This document shows positions 14,969-24,090 of a stretch of DNA of 53,858 nucleotides, piece by piece. Location: IMG/VR virus record IMGVR_UViG_3300008113_000007, positions 64,001 to 117,858 of that record; one strand, written 5' to 3'. The notes below the pieces were generated by a model. The model was not told the DNA's origin, did not search any database, and was given only the letters and a program-made list of their open reading frames with translations. Made by a program: the position numbers and the translations under genes. The number at the start of each line of letters is the position of its first letter. Within the stretch, counting starts at the first letter, position 1. This stretch comes from a virus (lineage: Duplodnaviria > Heunggongvirae > Uroviricota > Caudoviricetes).

Positions 14969-16411
14969 ATGGCAAAGTTCAACACAAAGTCGCCTAAGGC
15001 GAAGACACTAACAGAGAACCTGGCAGGAGGCCAGGCCTACAAGCAGTCCGACGAGCTCGCGCTCGCTTCCATTTTACTGACGTCGTTCGTTAGCGACCAG
15101 TTCTACCGCGGATCCTCGGACACGCTGTCCGAGGTGAAGTCGCTTCTTTCCAAGGTAGATCCTGTATTCGCGGCTAAGGCTGCGATCTACGCAAGGGATC
15201 GTTTCGGAATGAGGTCGATAACGCACGCACTTGCAGGCGAGATTGCGCCTTTGGCATCCGGTGCAGAGTGGGGCAAGTCCTTCTACGAGAAGGTTGTCTC
15301 CAGGCCGGACGACATGACCGAGATCCTCTCGTACTATATGTCGATAAACGGCAAGGGTAAGGTGAAGTTCCCTAACTCCATCAAGAAGGGGTTCGCCGCG
15401 GCGTTCGACAAGTTCGACGACTACCAAATCGCGAAGTACAAGATGTCGAACAGGAACGTGAAGCTGGTAGACGTCGTGAACCTGGTGCACCCAGTACCTA
15501 CGGACAGGAACAAAGAGGCGCTGTCTCTACTTATTGCGGACAAGTTGAAGAGCACCGACACCTGGGAGGCCAAGCTTTCCGCCGCAGGACAGGCAGCTGG
15601 CAACGCAGAAGAGCTCGAGGTGCTGAAGTCGAACGCATGGAACGAGTTAGTCTCGACCAGGAAGATTGGCTACTTCGCGCTTCTTAGGAACCTGAGGAAC
15701 ATCATCGAGCAGGCTCCTGACGCAATCCCTGCGACGTGTGAGATGCTAGTAGACGCGAGGCTAATCTCCAAGAGCAAGGTTCTTCCTTTCAGGTTCGCGA
15801 CCGCGTACGACGAGATTTCCAGGCTCGGTGGCTCCCAGGAGGTAAGAGACGTCCTGGTGGCGATCAACAACGCGCTTGAGGTGTCAATCGTGAACGTGCC
15901 TAGGTTGGAAAACTGTCTGGTCGTGATGGACGTGTCCGGATCGATGAGTGGTAGGCCTTCCGAGATAGCGAGCCTTTTCGGCGCCGTGCTCGCGAAGGTG
16001 AACTCCTGCGACGTGATGACTTTCGCCGAGAGCGCGAGGTACATGAGCTACAACCCGCTCGACTCAGTGATGTCGATCAGGAAGTCGTTCAGGTTCAGCG
16101 GAGGTGGTACGAACTTTCCTTCCATCTTCAAGACGGCGAAGAAGGCTTACGACAACATAATCATCCTGAGCGATATGCAGGGATGGATCGGCTACTACAC
16201 ACCTACCAAGGAGTTCAACGAGTGGAAGAAGAGGACCGGTGCCAACCCGCACGTGTTCTCTTGGGACCTCGCGGGACACAGCACGCTTCAGTTTCCTGAG
16301 AGCCAGGTTTACTGTCTGGTGGGCTTCTCCGAGAAGGTGTTCGACGTGATGGAGCTGCTGAAGACCGACAGGGCCGCGCTGGTCAACGAGATCAAGGCGA
16401 TTGAGCTTTAG
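14969..16411 (+). CDS. Ro60/Rsr-like TROVE-domain RNA-binding protein with vWA domain
   Basis: ENLAGGQAY, LLTSFVSDQFY, AAIYARDRFGMRS, DDYQIAKYK, IGYFALLRNLRNI, LPFRFATAY, vWA MIDAS DVSGSMS, GGTNF and SDMQ. Confidence 0.92.
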   Translation: MAKFNTKSPKAKTLTENLAGGQAYKQSDELALASILLTSFVSDQFYRGSSDTLSEVKSLLSKVDPVFAAKAAIYARDRFGMRSITHALAGEIAPLASGAEWGKSFYEKVVSRPDDMTEILSYYMSINGKGKVKFPNSIKKGFAAAFDKFDDYQIAKYKMSNRNVKLVDVVNLVHPVPTDRNKEALSLLIADKLKSTDTWEAKLSAAGQAAGNAEELEVLKSNAWNELVSTRKIGYFALLRNLRNIIEQAPDAIPATCEMLVDARLISKSKVLPFRFATAYDEISRLGGSQEVRDVLVAINNALEVSIVNVPRLENCLVVMDVSGSMSGRPSEIASLFGAVLAKVNSCDVMTFAESARYMSYNPLDSVMSIRKSFRFSGGGTNFPSIFKTAKKAYDNIIILSDMQGWIGYYTPTKEFNEWKKRTGANPHVFSWDLAGHSTLQFPESQVYCLVGFSEKVFDVMELLKTDRAALVNEIKAIEL

Positions 16412-16416
16412 AAGAG

Positions 16417-16443
16417 ACGGGACGAAAGTCCCGTTTTCTTTTT
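16417..16443 (+). terminator. intrinsic terminator after TROVE gene
   Basis: ACGGGAC-gaaa-GTCCCGT followed by a T-rich run. Confidence 0.75.
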
Positions 16444-16455
16444 AATATATAACGT

Positions 16456-17253
16456 ATGAAGCACATAATAAAGTACTCGCTTTTCGAGAAGCTCACCTAC
16501 GACGAGATGGACCTGACGCCTTTCGACAACAGGTACATAGTCGGACGCTGGTTCGCCAGTGAGGACGAAGCGATGGAGTACCTCAGGAAGTCCATCGCCG
16601 ACTACAAGTATGACAAAGTCGATGAGGAAGAATACTTCGTACACAAGGAGGAAGGCGACGGCAGCCTCAAGCCGTACAGGCTCTTCAGGAAGCCGACCGA
16701 GATTGAGTCGAGAAGAAAGGAGGCCGACGACTTCCTCAGGAAGAACGCGATTCGTACCGGACAGACCATGTTCACCGGAGGTGTCTGGACTCACTCTTTC
16801 GTCGAGTACAAGCACATAGACGAGCTCAAAAGGCTAGGCATATCCTACCGGTTCAGGCCTATAAAGGAGATAAACCTAGATCCGGTGCTGCAGAAGGAAC
16901 TGAAGACTGTCTTCGGATCCGTTCTCATACAGCAGGGCAGGCTCAAGTTCTTCTCACTGGAAAGCTCGTTCGACAGGGACTACATAAAGCATCTGAAGGC
17001 CAGCGTCGAGAAGGAGCTCGTGAAGTTCAACGATAAGCTAGGTACGGACTACTTCGTCCAGAAGACGTACGCCGAGGAGTCGACCGACACGCAGCTATCA
17101 AGAGCACGCAGGCTTCTGAACGACGACGACCGCCCTGTGAACGTTATGTACAAATCGGTTGAGTTCGGTCTTCAGAGAGGCCACGACGAAGAGGAGTTCC
17201 TCGCGATCATACCCGAGGATGAGAAGGGCATGCCTAGGATGTTCCTCAAGTAG
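16456..17253 (+). CDS. hypothetical protein, putative internal head protein
   Basis: 265-aa ORF starting MKHIIKYSLFE, with AATATATA at 16444-16451. Confidence 0.7.
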   Translation: MKHIIKYSLFEKLTYDEMDLTPFDNRYIVGRWFASEDEAMEYLRKSIADYKYDKVDEEEYFVHKEEGDGSLKPYRLFRKPTEIESRRKEADDFLRKNAIRTGQTMFTGGVWTHSFVEYKHIDELKRLGISYRFRPIKEINLDPVLQKELKTVFGSVLIQQGRLKFFSLESSFDRDYIKHLKASVEKELVKFNDKLGTDYFVQKTYAEESTDTQLSRARRLLNDDDRPVNVMYKSVEFGLQRGHDEEEFLAIIPEDEKGMPRMFLK

Positions 17254-18024
17254 TTATTTCCAGATTTTTTCCAGGTTTATTTTGGCGCTCATATCGATTA
17301 CTCGGCCGTTTTTTCTGAGAGAGTACCTTTGCATCGGCTTTATCATCTCGACCGCATCGTCAATCTTTTTCTTCTCCTCGTCGTCTATGTCGAAGTTGAA
17401 TATCTGTATCAGGTTCTCAATCTCGTCGAAGTTGAGACTTTCCTTGCCGTCCAGAAAGAAAGTGAAGTTGTAGCTGTAGTCGTTGAACCTCTCTGCACCC
17501 GGCTGATAGCTCATTTCTATAAGGTATTGTGTAAGTGAGTTCTCTATTCCTATAGATGGCAACGTCAGTCTGTAGCCGTTCAACTCGAAGCACTTTTCCT
17601 TCGCGTTCCAAGTGTTGAGTAGGTACTCGTCGGGCACGAAGTAGTTGAAGTTCTCCGTGCAGAACTCCAATGTCTCTATTGTGTCTTTCTGCTCGTCGTA
17701 GTAGTTTATCTGTATTGGCTTTTTGTTTGTCATTCTGACGATTTCCAGGAACAGGTATACAACGTCGATGCTCTTTATGTGGTTGAAGTCGTATCCGTTT
17801 TCCAATATTACGTTCTTCCTGACGATTGACTTCAGCTTTGTGAGTACAGATCCAACGTTCTCTTTGTCGTAGTCCGACTCGTACTCTCGTATATCCTCCT
17901 CATTTGCACGTTTTATGTGGATTTTGAAGTCTCCTTTGTAGAAGAAGCCCTGAGATGGCAGCTTTATGACGTCTATTGCCCTTTTCTTTTGAAAAAATCT
18001 GATGAAGAAGTCTAAGAGTTTCAT
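17254..18024 (-). CDS. putative T4 gp26-like baseplate hub assembly protein
   Basis: N-terminal IKLPSQGFFY...IKRANEEDIREY, followed by IKSIDVVYLFLEIVRMT, resembles gp26-like proteins. Judged by eye. Confidence 0.5.
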   Translation of the reverse strand: MKLLDFFIRFFQKKRAIDVIKLPSQGFFYKGDFKIHIKRANEEDIREYESDYDKENVGSVLTKLKSIVRKNVILENGYDFNHIKSIDVVYLFLEIVRMTNKKPIQINYYDEQKDTIETLEFCTENFNYFVPDEYLLNTWNAKEKCFELNGYRLTLPSIGIENSLTQYLIEMSYQPGAERFNDYSYNFTFFLDGKESLNFDEIENLIQIFNFDIDDEEKKKIDDAVEMIKPMQRYSLRKNGRVIDMSAKINLEKIWK

Positions 18025-18084
18025 TTGTCTTGTCAGTTTGACTTATATATTCTTGGAGAGATGGCCTCATGAATATATAATTCG

Positions 18085-18804
18085 ATGATTTACAACGACG
18101 ATTGTTTCAACGTCTTACCAACACTGTCGAAGAAGAGCGTCGACCTGATACTCGTCGATCCGCCTTACGGTATTTCCAGAGACTCACTATTTACGAAGAC
18201 CAACGAGAACACGAGCGAGTTCATGGCGATAAAGTACGGGAAGATATCTATAGACTTCGGCGATTGGGACAAGGAGGACATAGACTTCGATCTTCTTTTC
18301 TCGGAGTACTACCGGGTGCTGAAACCTGGTGGGACACTTATCTTCTTCTACGACATTTGGAAGTCCACCTTTGTTAAGGAGTGTGCGGAGAGGAACGGTT
18401 TCAAGCAGCCGAGGGTCTGTCAGTGGCACAAGACCAACCCTGTGCCTATAAACTCTAAGAGGAACTACCTGTCCAACGCAATAGAGTTCTTCTTCACGTT
18501 CGTTAAGGGTAAGAAGCCTACTTTTCACTCTGAGTACGACAACGGTGTCTACAAATCGGCTCTTTGTCACGGAAAGGAAAGGTTCGATCATCCTACGCAG
18601 AAGCCGTTATCTTTGATAACCGAGATTGTCGCCAAGCACAGTAGCGAGGGTGATGTCGTTCTGGACACGTTCGCTGGCACGGGTACGACCGCTATGGCTT
18701 GCCAGAACCTCGGCAGGAGGTTCATAGTAGTCGAGAGAGACCCTGTGTATTTCGCGATGATTGAAAAGAGGCTATGCCAACAAAACAACGAAGACCAAAT
18801 ATAA
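18085..18804 (+). CDS. DNA N6-adenine/N4-cytosine methyltransferase (beta class)
   Basis: Catalytic DPPY near the N-terminus, then HPTQKP and the SAM-binding VLDTFAGTGTT near the C-terminus. Confidence 0.92.
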   Translation: MIYNDDCFNVLPTLSKKSVDLILVDPPYGISRDSLFTKTNENTSEFMAIKYGKISIDFGDWDKEDIDFDLLFSEYYRVLKPGGTLIFFYDIWKSTFVKECAERNGFKQPRVCQWHKTNPVPINSKRNYLSNAIEFFFTFVKGKKPTFHSEYDNGVYKSALCHGKERFDHPTQKPLSLITEIVAKHSSEGDVVLDTFAGTGTTAMACQNLGRRFIVVERDPVYFAMIEKRLCQQNNEDQI

Positions 18805-18827
18805 ACAAAAAATAAATAAAAACAATT

Positions 18828-19229
18828 ATGCCAATAGTAGTTAAGAACTCGCAACTGAACGACGAGACGATTACAGCACTGAACTCGCTCATCGATATGG
18901 ACATTAACGCATCAACGGCGTTCAGATTGACGAGGATCATCAAGGAGATATCCTCGATAGTGGAGGACAAAGTCAAGATGGAGAAAAGAATTCTCGACAA
19001 ATGGACTATGAAGGACGAAGAGGGTAACGTTATACCGGCGAAAGACGAACAAGGTAACGTGATTCCCGGTGCCGTCAACATAAAAGATCCTGAGCAATTC
19101 ACAAAGGAGATGTCCGAGCTGATGGATCTTGAGAACGTAATCGACTTCGAGAAAATATCATTTGACAGCCTAGAGCTGAAGACGGCGAAGGTGAAAGACC
19201 TAATCAAAATCGAGTTCCTGTTCGATTAG
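18828..19229 (+). CDS. hypothetical protein
   Basis: 133-aa ORF with an A-rich leader. Confidence 0.7.
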   Translation: MPIVVKNSQLNDETITALNSLIDMDINASTAFRLTRIIKEISSIVEDKVKMEKRILDKWTMKDEEGNVIPAKDEQGNVIPGAVNIKDPEQFTKEMSELMDLENVIDFEKISFDSLELKTAKVKDLIKIEFLFD

Positions 19230-19531
19230 TGGAGAGCTTCGTGTACATAATATCTTGCCAGCGCGGGCAGGCGCTTCCCGAGATAAGATCCGTGTGGACC
19301 GACTACGACGACGCCATACTCGCCTACTGCGAGGACCTATCCGATTGGAACAACCAGGACTTCTACCTCTTACACAAGCTTCCGGTCGGCAGGTTCTGCG
19401 GGCCTGGCGAGTGGTGCAAGGAGAAGCTCGGTAAGAGCAGCAAGAACAGGCTGAAGTTCGATGACAAGGAACTGAAGAACCTAATCAAGTCAATCAAGCG
19501 TAACAGGCAGATAGACGAGATACTGGACTAG
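19229..19531 (+). CDS. hypothetical protein
   Basis: 100-aa ORF whose GTG start overlaps the upstream TAG. Followed by a terminator. Confidence 0.6.
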   Translation: MESFVYIISCQRGQALPEIRSVWTDYDDAILAYCEDLSDWNNQDFYLLHKLPVGRFCGPGEWCKEKLGKSSKNRLKFDDKELKNLIKSIKRNRQIDEILD

Positions 19532-19561
19532 AAAAGGCCCGATTTCCAATCGGGCCTTTTC
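19531..19561. terminator. intrinsic terminator hairpin
   Basis: GAAAAGGCCCGA-tttccaa-TCGGGCCTTTTC. Confidence 0.75.
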
Positions 19562-19594
19562 TTTTTAATATATAAACGAAAAACAGAAAGTAGC

Positions 19595-21214
19595 ATGCCG
19601 GCAACCTACAGCGTCAACATCGGTACACAGTTCGAGACCGAGAGAAAAATAGACATAGTGACGGTTCTCAAAAACCTTCCGGACAACACTAGCAAACTCA
19701 TCTCGCCACGCGACGTTAGGGATGCCTTCCTGACAACATGGGCATCTTCGCCTATAAAGCAGACACGTACGACCGCAGGAACGGAGTACATCGGGATTGA
19801 CTCGGGTAATCCTGCGGACAGAGACATCAAGCAGAAGATACTTCTCGGTAAGAGGAGTTATGGAAACCTTGACATAATGAACTCTACACTGCTCAACAAC
19901 TCAGATGTCGACATTTTCATATACAACACAAAATCCGACTCGGGTTCACAGAACTCTACGAGGATGGGATTTCTGGCAGGCACGTACAGCGAGCTGTTCG
20001 TGAACGTTCCTTATATCGGATCCCAGTACAACACCTCCACATCTCTAATAGACCTGGACATAAGAAATCCGCAGCTCAACGGAGGTAACATAAACATATA
20101 CAGTAGCACTGGATACGTCGTGCTCAACGGTATAAGGTTTCCGAAAGTGGCCGATAACTCGAATGCGACAAACGGTAAGATTCTGAGGTACGTCGGTAAC
20201 TTCCCGAACGGATATTTGAGGTGGGACACCAGCAACGTAGCCATATCGCAGCTTGGCGTTGCTGACAAGGTGACTAACATTTACGGTGGAACTGTCAGTC
20301 TAAATGGCTATGAGCTTGAGTTTGTGAATCCCGAAATGACCTCGGCGAATGTCGGCGGCATTCCGTTCGGCTTCTCTTTCTCCGCAACCTCTTTCAATGG
20401 AAGAAAATGGCCTCTCAGCGAAGTTATCAGAAAGCTTCTTTATCCTAAGCGTGGCCCGGTCATCGCCGTCACCGCGAGTAACAGTTCTTTGTCAACACCT
20501 TACGTAGAGATTGGAACGACCGCTTCAATCAACTTCAGGTACGATTTGACAATCTTTCCTAGGAACCAGTATGAATACATAAGCGATTATCTGATAAGGA
20601 GTAAAGTAGGATCCACTGTGGCACTGACCGACTATTACGGACTTTCTTTTTCGGGAACACCGAACACGTCATTCAACAATACCGTTACGCTCGTTGCCGG
20701 ATCGTATTCGAATATCACACAAACCGACTTTGGAATGCACCTAACGGACGTATGGCTACCTTCCAGGTATGATCACACGTCTTACCCATCGGGTTTCTCA
20801 TACAGTGCGACCGCGTCAATATACCACGTCTGGCCTATCTATTACGGCTTCACCCAGTCACTTATAACAAACTCCACGATCCTCACAAACACGGTCAAGA
20901 AGTTGAAAAAGGCAATAATGCCTTACCCTGGTCTAAGTCAGAGCATCACACTACCCTATGAGGGAGACGGATATTTCTACATAATATACAACAACTCATT
21001 CTCTACCCCTATTTCAAAAGTCTATGATTCGAACGGGTTTCTGCTACACGACTCATCAAATCCTTCTACGTCATTTTTCAGTTCATCCACGAGACTAGGA
21101 CAGCTTTCATTGTCGGGACAGACGACCAACGGTCAGTCTACAACATGGAGAGTATGGGTAAGTGGTCTGACTGCTTCGCTGACGGGTATCAATAATTTCA
21201 CTTTCAAATTCTAA
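19595..21214 (+). CDS. putative virion structural (tail/baseplate-associated) protein, paralogue A
   Basis: Ser/Thr/Asn-rich, beta-type composition. LPDNTSKLISPRDVRDAF is shared with the next gene. Confidence 0.6.
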   Translation: MPATYSVNIGTQFETERKIDIVTVLKNLPDNTSKLISPRDVRDAFLTTWASSPIKQTRTTAGTEYIGIDSGNPADRDIKQKILLGKRSYGNLDIMNSTLLNNSDVDIFIYNTKSDSGSQNSTRMGFLAGTYSELFVNVPYIGSQYNTSTSLIDLDIRNPQLNGGNINIYSSTGYVVLNGIRFPKVADNSNATNGKILRYVGNFPNGYLRWDTSNVAISQLGVADKVTNIYGGTVSLNGYELEFVNPEMTSANVGGIPFGFSFSATSFNGRKWPLSEVIRKLLYPKRGPVIAVTASNSSLSTPYVEIGTTASINFRYDLTIFPRNQYEYISDYLIRSKVGSTVALTDYYGLSFSGTPNTSFNNTVTLVAGSYSNITQTDFGMHLTDVWLPSRYDHTSYPSGFSYSATASIYHVWPIYYGFTQSLITNSTILTNTVKKLKKAIMPYPGLSQSITLPYEGDGYFYIIYNNSFSTPISKVYDSNGFLLHDSSNPSTSFFSSSTRLGQLSLSGQTTNGQSTTWRVWVSGLTASLTGINNFTFKF

Positions 21215-22770
21215 TGGCCACTTACAGCGTATACGACGGACAAAACTACCAGACGACTGGAAGCACACTAATTCTTCTGGATCCTGCAACACAATCCTAC
21301 ACTTTCACCGAGAACAAGGTATACACCGATTTACCGGAAAATACCAGCAAGCTCGTATATCCGAATAGTGTTAGGAACGCAGTTTTGTCGATATACGACA
21401 CAATCGCCTTCAAGGAGAACCTCGTAGGCGACAAATACTTCATCGGAATTGACAAAGGCAATCAGAATATAAAGAAGTCGATTTACATAGGTAAAAGACG
21501 TTACCTCAACTCGGAAATCGCAAATTCATCCATACTTGCAGAGAACGATGTAACAATACACAACACTAAATCCGATACCAGCAACAACCAGTTCAGAACC
21601 GTGATGACTTTCCTAAACGGCGATTCGAGTCGCGCAAGCACCGTAACCAACAGTATAGAGGCGCAGGTTGTAAAATACTCCAACAACACGAGGCGAATAG
21701 ACCTTTCGTTTATCAACTCGAGTGGCGACATAAACGTTTTATCCAAAGGGCCTGGATCTCAGGATTTAGGTTCGTTGGTATCCTTAAACGGAATAGCCTA
21801 CTCGAGGGTACAGGATTCAGATCCGAACTTCGGTGGCTCCGCATCAGACGGCAGAACTTTGGCATACAAAAACGGCGTGATGATGTGGGCCGACCTGACT
21901 CCGACCGATCCTGGTTGGTACGGCGCGACTTCCACGATTGTACCTATTTTAGGTTCGAGTACTTTCATAAACGATTATCCGCTCGAGTTCTCTGACAACA
22001 ATATGATACCGATAGAGATTGGCGACTTGAAGTACGGTGAGACTTTCAGTAAAAGGCCGATTGCTTTTATGTTGGATCGAATAATATACGAATATCTCAG
22101 CCCATCCTGTACACTCAGGCTGGTCGACAGCAAGATGTCGTACGCTGAGATAGGTACGAGCCCGAACATACAACTTGCGTACACTATCACGAAAAAGAGC
22201 AATGATACTAAGCCAACGGCACTCACAAACATGCTACCAAACCAAGTTGGTGCCATAACAGGTCTATCTAGGACGATAGAGGGTACGGCCAAAGGCATCG
22301 TAATCACTCCGCTCGAGAAGGGAACCTCAACATTCAAAATTACCGCAAGCGACGGCATAAATTCAAACTCGGCAAGCGCTACGGTCACAGGAATATACCC
22401 TTACTTTTTCGGATTCACATCATCGACTACGATCAATTCGAACCTACTGAAGACTATGACGAAGGTCGTCGATGGAAAGGCAGAGCAGAAGATTGACATC
22501 TTCAGGAATGGAATCGAGTCGACGGACGTGTTCTACTTCATGTACGATTACGACTACGGCCCGTTGAATTCCGTTTATGACCCGGGAGATCCGGCAGTAC
22601 CTACCGGCTACGAAATACTTTACGCGAGGTTCCAGTTCAAAGAGGCGGTATTGTCGTCACCTAGCGGTCTATGGGCACAAAAGAAATTTAGGGTTTACTA
22701 CTCGACACAGATTGCGTCAACTTACATCAGTTCTACTACTGTAGGATCTTTCTTCCGGTTTATCTTCTAG
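21214..22770 (+). CDS. putative virion structural protein, paralogue B
   Basis: LPENTSKLVYPNSVRNAV, IGIDKGN and IHNTKSD align with paralogue A. TAATG stop-start coupling. Confidence 0.6.
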   Translation: MATYSVYDGQNYQTTGSTLILLDPATQSYTFTENKVYTDLPENTSKLVYPNSVRNAVLSIYDTIAFKENLVGDKYFIGIDKGNQNIKKSIYIGKRRYLNSEIANSSILAENDVTIHNTKSDTSNNQFRTVMTFLNGDSSRASTVTNSIEAQVVKYSNNTRRIDLSFINSSGDINVLSKGPGSQDLGSLVSLNGIAYSRVQDSDPNFGGSASDGRTLAYKNGVMMWADLTPTDPGWYGATSTIVPILGSSTFINDYPLEFSDNNMIPIEIGDLKYGETFSKRPIAFMLDRIIYEYLSPSCTLRLVDSKMSYAEIGTSPNIQLAYTITKKSNDTKPTALTNMLPNQVGAITGLSRTIEGTAKGIVITPLEKGTSTFKITASDGINSNSASATVTGIYPYFFGFTSSTTINSNLLKTMTKVVDGKAEQKIDIFRNGIESTDVFYFMYDYDYGPLNSVYDPGDPAVPTGYEILYARFQFKEAVLSSPSGLWAQKKFRVYYSTQIASTYISSTTVGSFFRFIF

Positions 22771-23447
22771 TCGATTTTCTCGAACCACCAGTTGAAGAAA
22801 ACGTAGTTGTCGCCAATCAGGTTGTAAGTATAATCATCATGAGAGATAACGAGTCTGTCAGTGTGTGCTCTGACAAGTTCAATCTCGAGACCACGTTCCA
22901 TACTGAGCTGCTTACCGGTCTCTACCGAATAGCAGACTACCTCCTCGTTCAAAAGCCTGTATGTTCCTGGCTCGGGTTTCAACCACTCTTTCAAAGTCTT
23001 TATTATAAGACCTTTGGTTTTGATTATCCATTCTTTAGACTGGAAAAGATCGTAGTCTTTGAAGACTTCTGACTTCAGGTCCGTCGAGTTTGACATCAGG
23101 TTCTGAGCAACTCCCCAGTATTTATCGTCGCCGATTTCGAAGCTTATGTAGGCATCGTATGAGATGTTGTTCACTTTCACAATCCTAAGTATGTTCAGAT
23201 TTTTTATGTTCTGATTTTCCAACGCCATCTTGGATCGTAGGTTCCTGTATGCTCCTGTGTCGGAAAGCCTACCCATTATGTCGTTTATCCTGGACATTGC
23301 GGCTCGGAGTCCGTCAAGGTGTTTGTCGAATGCGTTAAGTGATAGCTGTGGGTCGTCAACGTGCACGGATGCCTGCGCAGAAGTGTCGTTGAACCTCTGG
23401 AGGTTGAACTCTGTGAACTCCAGTATTAGCTTGTTTCTCCTTTTCAT
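22767..23447 (-). CDS. hypothetical protein, putative internal head protein
   Basis: Likely start MKRRNKLILEFTEF at 23447, after a minus-strand AATATATA (23455-23462). Confidence 0.65.
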   Translation of the reverse strand: MKRRNKLILEFTEFNLQRFNDTSAQASVHVDDPQLSLNAFDKHLDGLRAAMSRINDIMGRLSDTGAYRNLRSKMALENQNIKNLNILRIVKVNNISYDAYISFEIGDDKYWGVAQNLMSNSTDLKSEVFKDYDLFQSKEWIIKTKGLIIKTLKEWLKPEPGTYRLLNEEVVCYSVETGKQLSMERGLEIELVRAHTDRLVISHDDYTYNLIGDNYVFFNWWFEKID

Positions 23448-23482
23448 ATTTTTATATATATTAAAAATCGAAACACGCATTT

Positions 23483-23809
23483 ATGAGGATTAGAAGATTC
23501 AACGAGGCAGAGTCGACTATCATAGACGACGAGAAGCTGACCAAGGTAATCGAGGAACTGGAGGACTTCCTCGCACAGATGAAGGATAGGCAGTCTTCGA
23601 CTGACGAGATAATCAACGTTCTAGATCAATACTCAAATCCATCAAAGAAAGGTAACGACCAGGTAGACGACACTCTGGCGGCTCTTAGGGAGGTCAAGAA
23701 ATCTGTAGACCAGGCAATAGACAAGCTTGACACTGCCCTGCAGAACATGGAGTCTTACAAGGAAGACGGTAGCGAGTTTCTCTACTCAGAAACAAATCCT
23801 AAGACATAG
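23483..23809 (+). CDS. small coiled-coil hypothetical protein
   Basis: 108 aa, starts MRIRRFNEAES, heptad-like helical composition. Confidence 0.65.
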   Translation: MRIRRFNEAESTIIDDEKLTKVIEELEDFLAQMKDRQSSTDEIINVLDQYSNPSKKGNDQVDDTLAALREVKKSVDQAIDKLDTALQNMESYKEDGSEFLYSETNPKT

Positions 23810-23821
23810 GCTATAAGTCCT

Positions 23822-24049
23822 ATGCAGATTGGTAAAAAGTCACCCGAACACTTAGAGCCTGGATACGTCTGGGCGCCATACGTTCCTATGCAGAAGATGG
23901 TCATTATTCCAGGTAGGCGAATGCGCGCGCTACACGAACTCTGGGGATTTCCGCTAAGCAAGAACGCGGCACCACCGGTCGGCGTTTCCAGCAGGTATTC
24001 TATAAATAAAGTCAACAGCAACTACTACGGCACGATAGAAGTAAAATAA
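23822..24049 (+). CDS. 75-aa protein resembling the C-terminus of T4 gp23-like major capsid proteins
   Basis: PGYVWAPYVPMQ and GVSSRYSINKVNSNYYGTIEVK resemble the G.(F/Y)YAPY(V/I)PL...(K/R)TRY(G/A)...FYG.I.V end of gp23-like capsid proteins. Followed by a terminator. Confidence 0.55.
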   Translation: MQIGKKSPEHLEPGYVWAPYVPMQKMVIIPGRRMRALHELWGFPLSKNAAPPVGVSSRYSINKVNSNYYGTIEVK

Positions 24050-24061
24050 GAAGTAAAATAA

Positions 24062-24087
24062 GAATGCCGACTGAAAAGTCGGCATTC
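24062..24087. terminator. bidirectional intrinsic terminator hairpin
   Basis: GAATGCCGACT-gaaa-AGTCGGCATTC between convergent genes. Confidence 0.75.
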
Positions 24088-24090
24088 CTT

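Noticed and set aside
22767-22770. Convergent genes sharing a CTAG double stop, and abutting stops at 17253/17254
   Set aside because: A common consequence of compact phage gene packing, with no sign of additional function.
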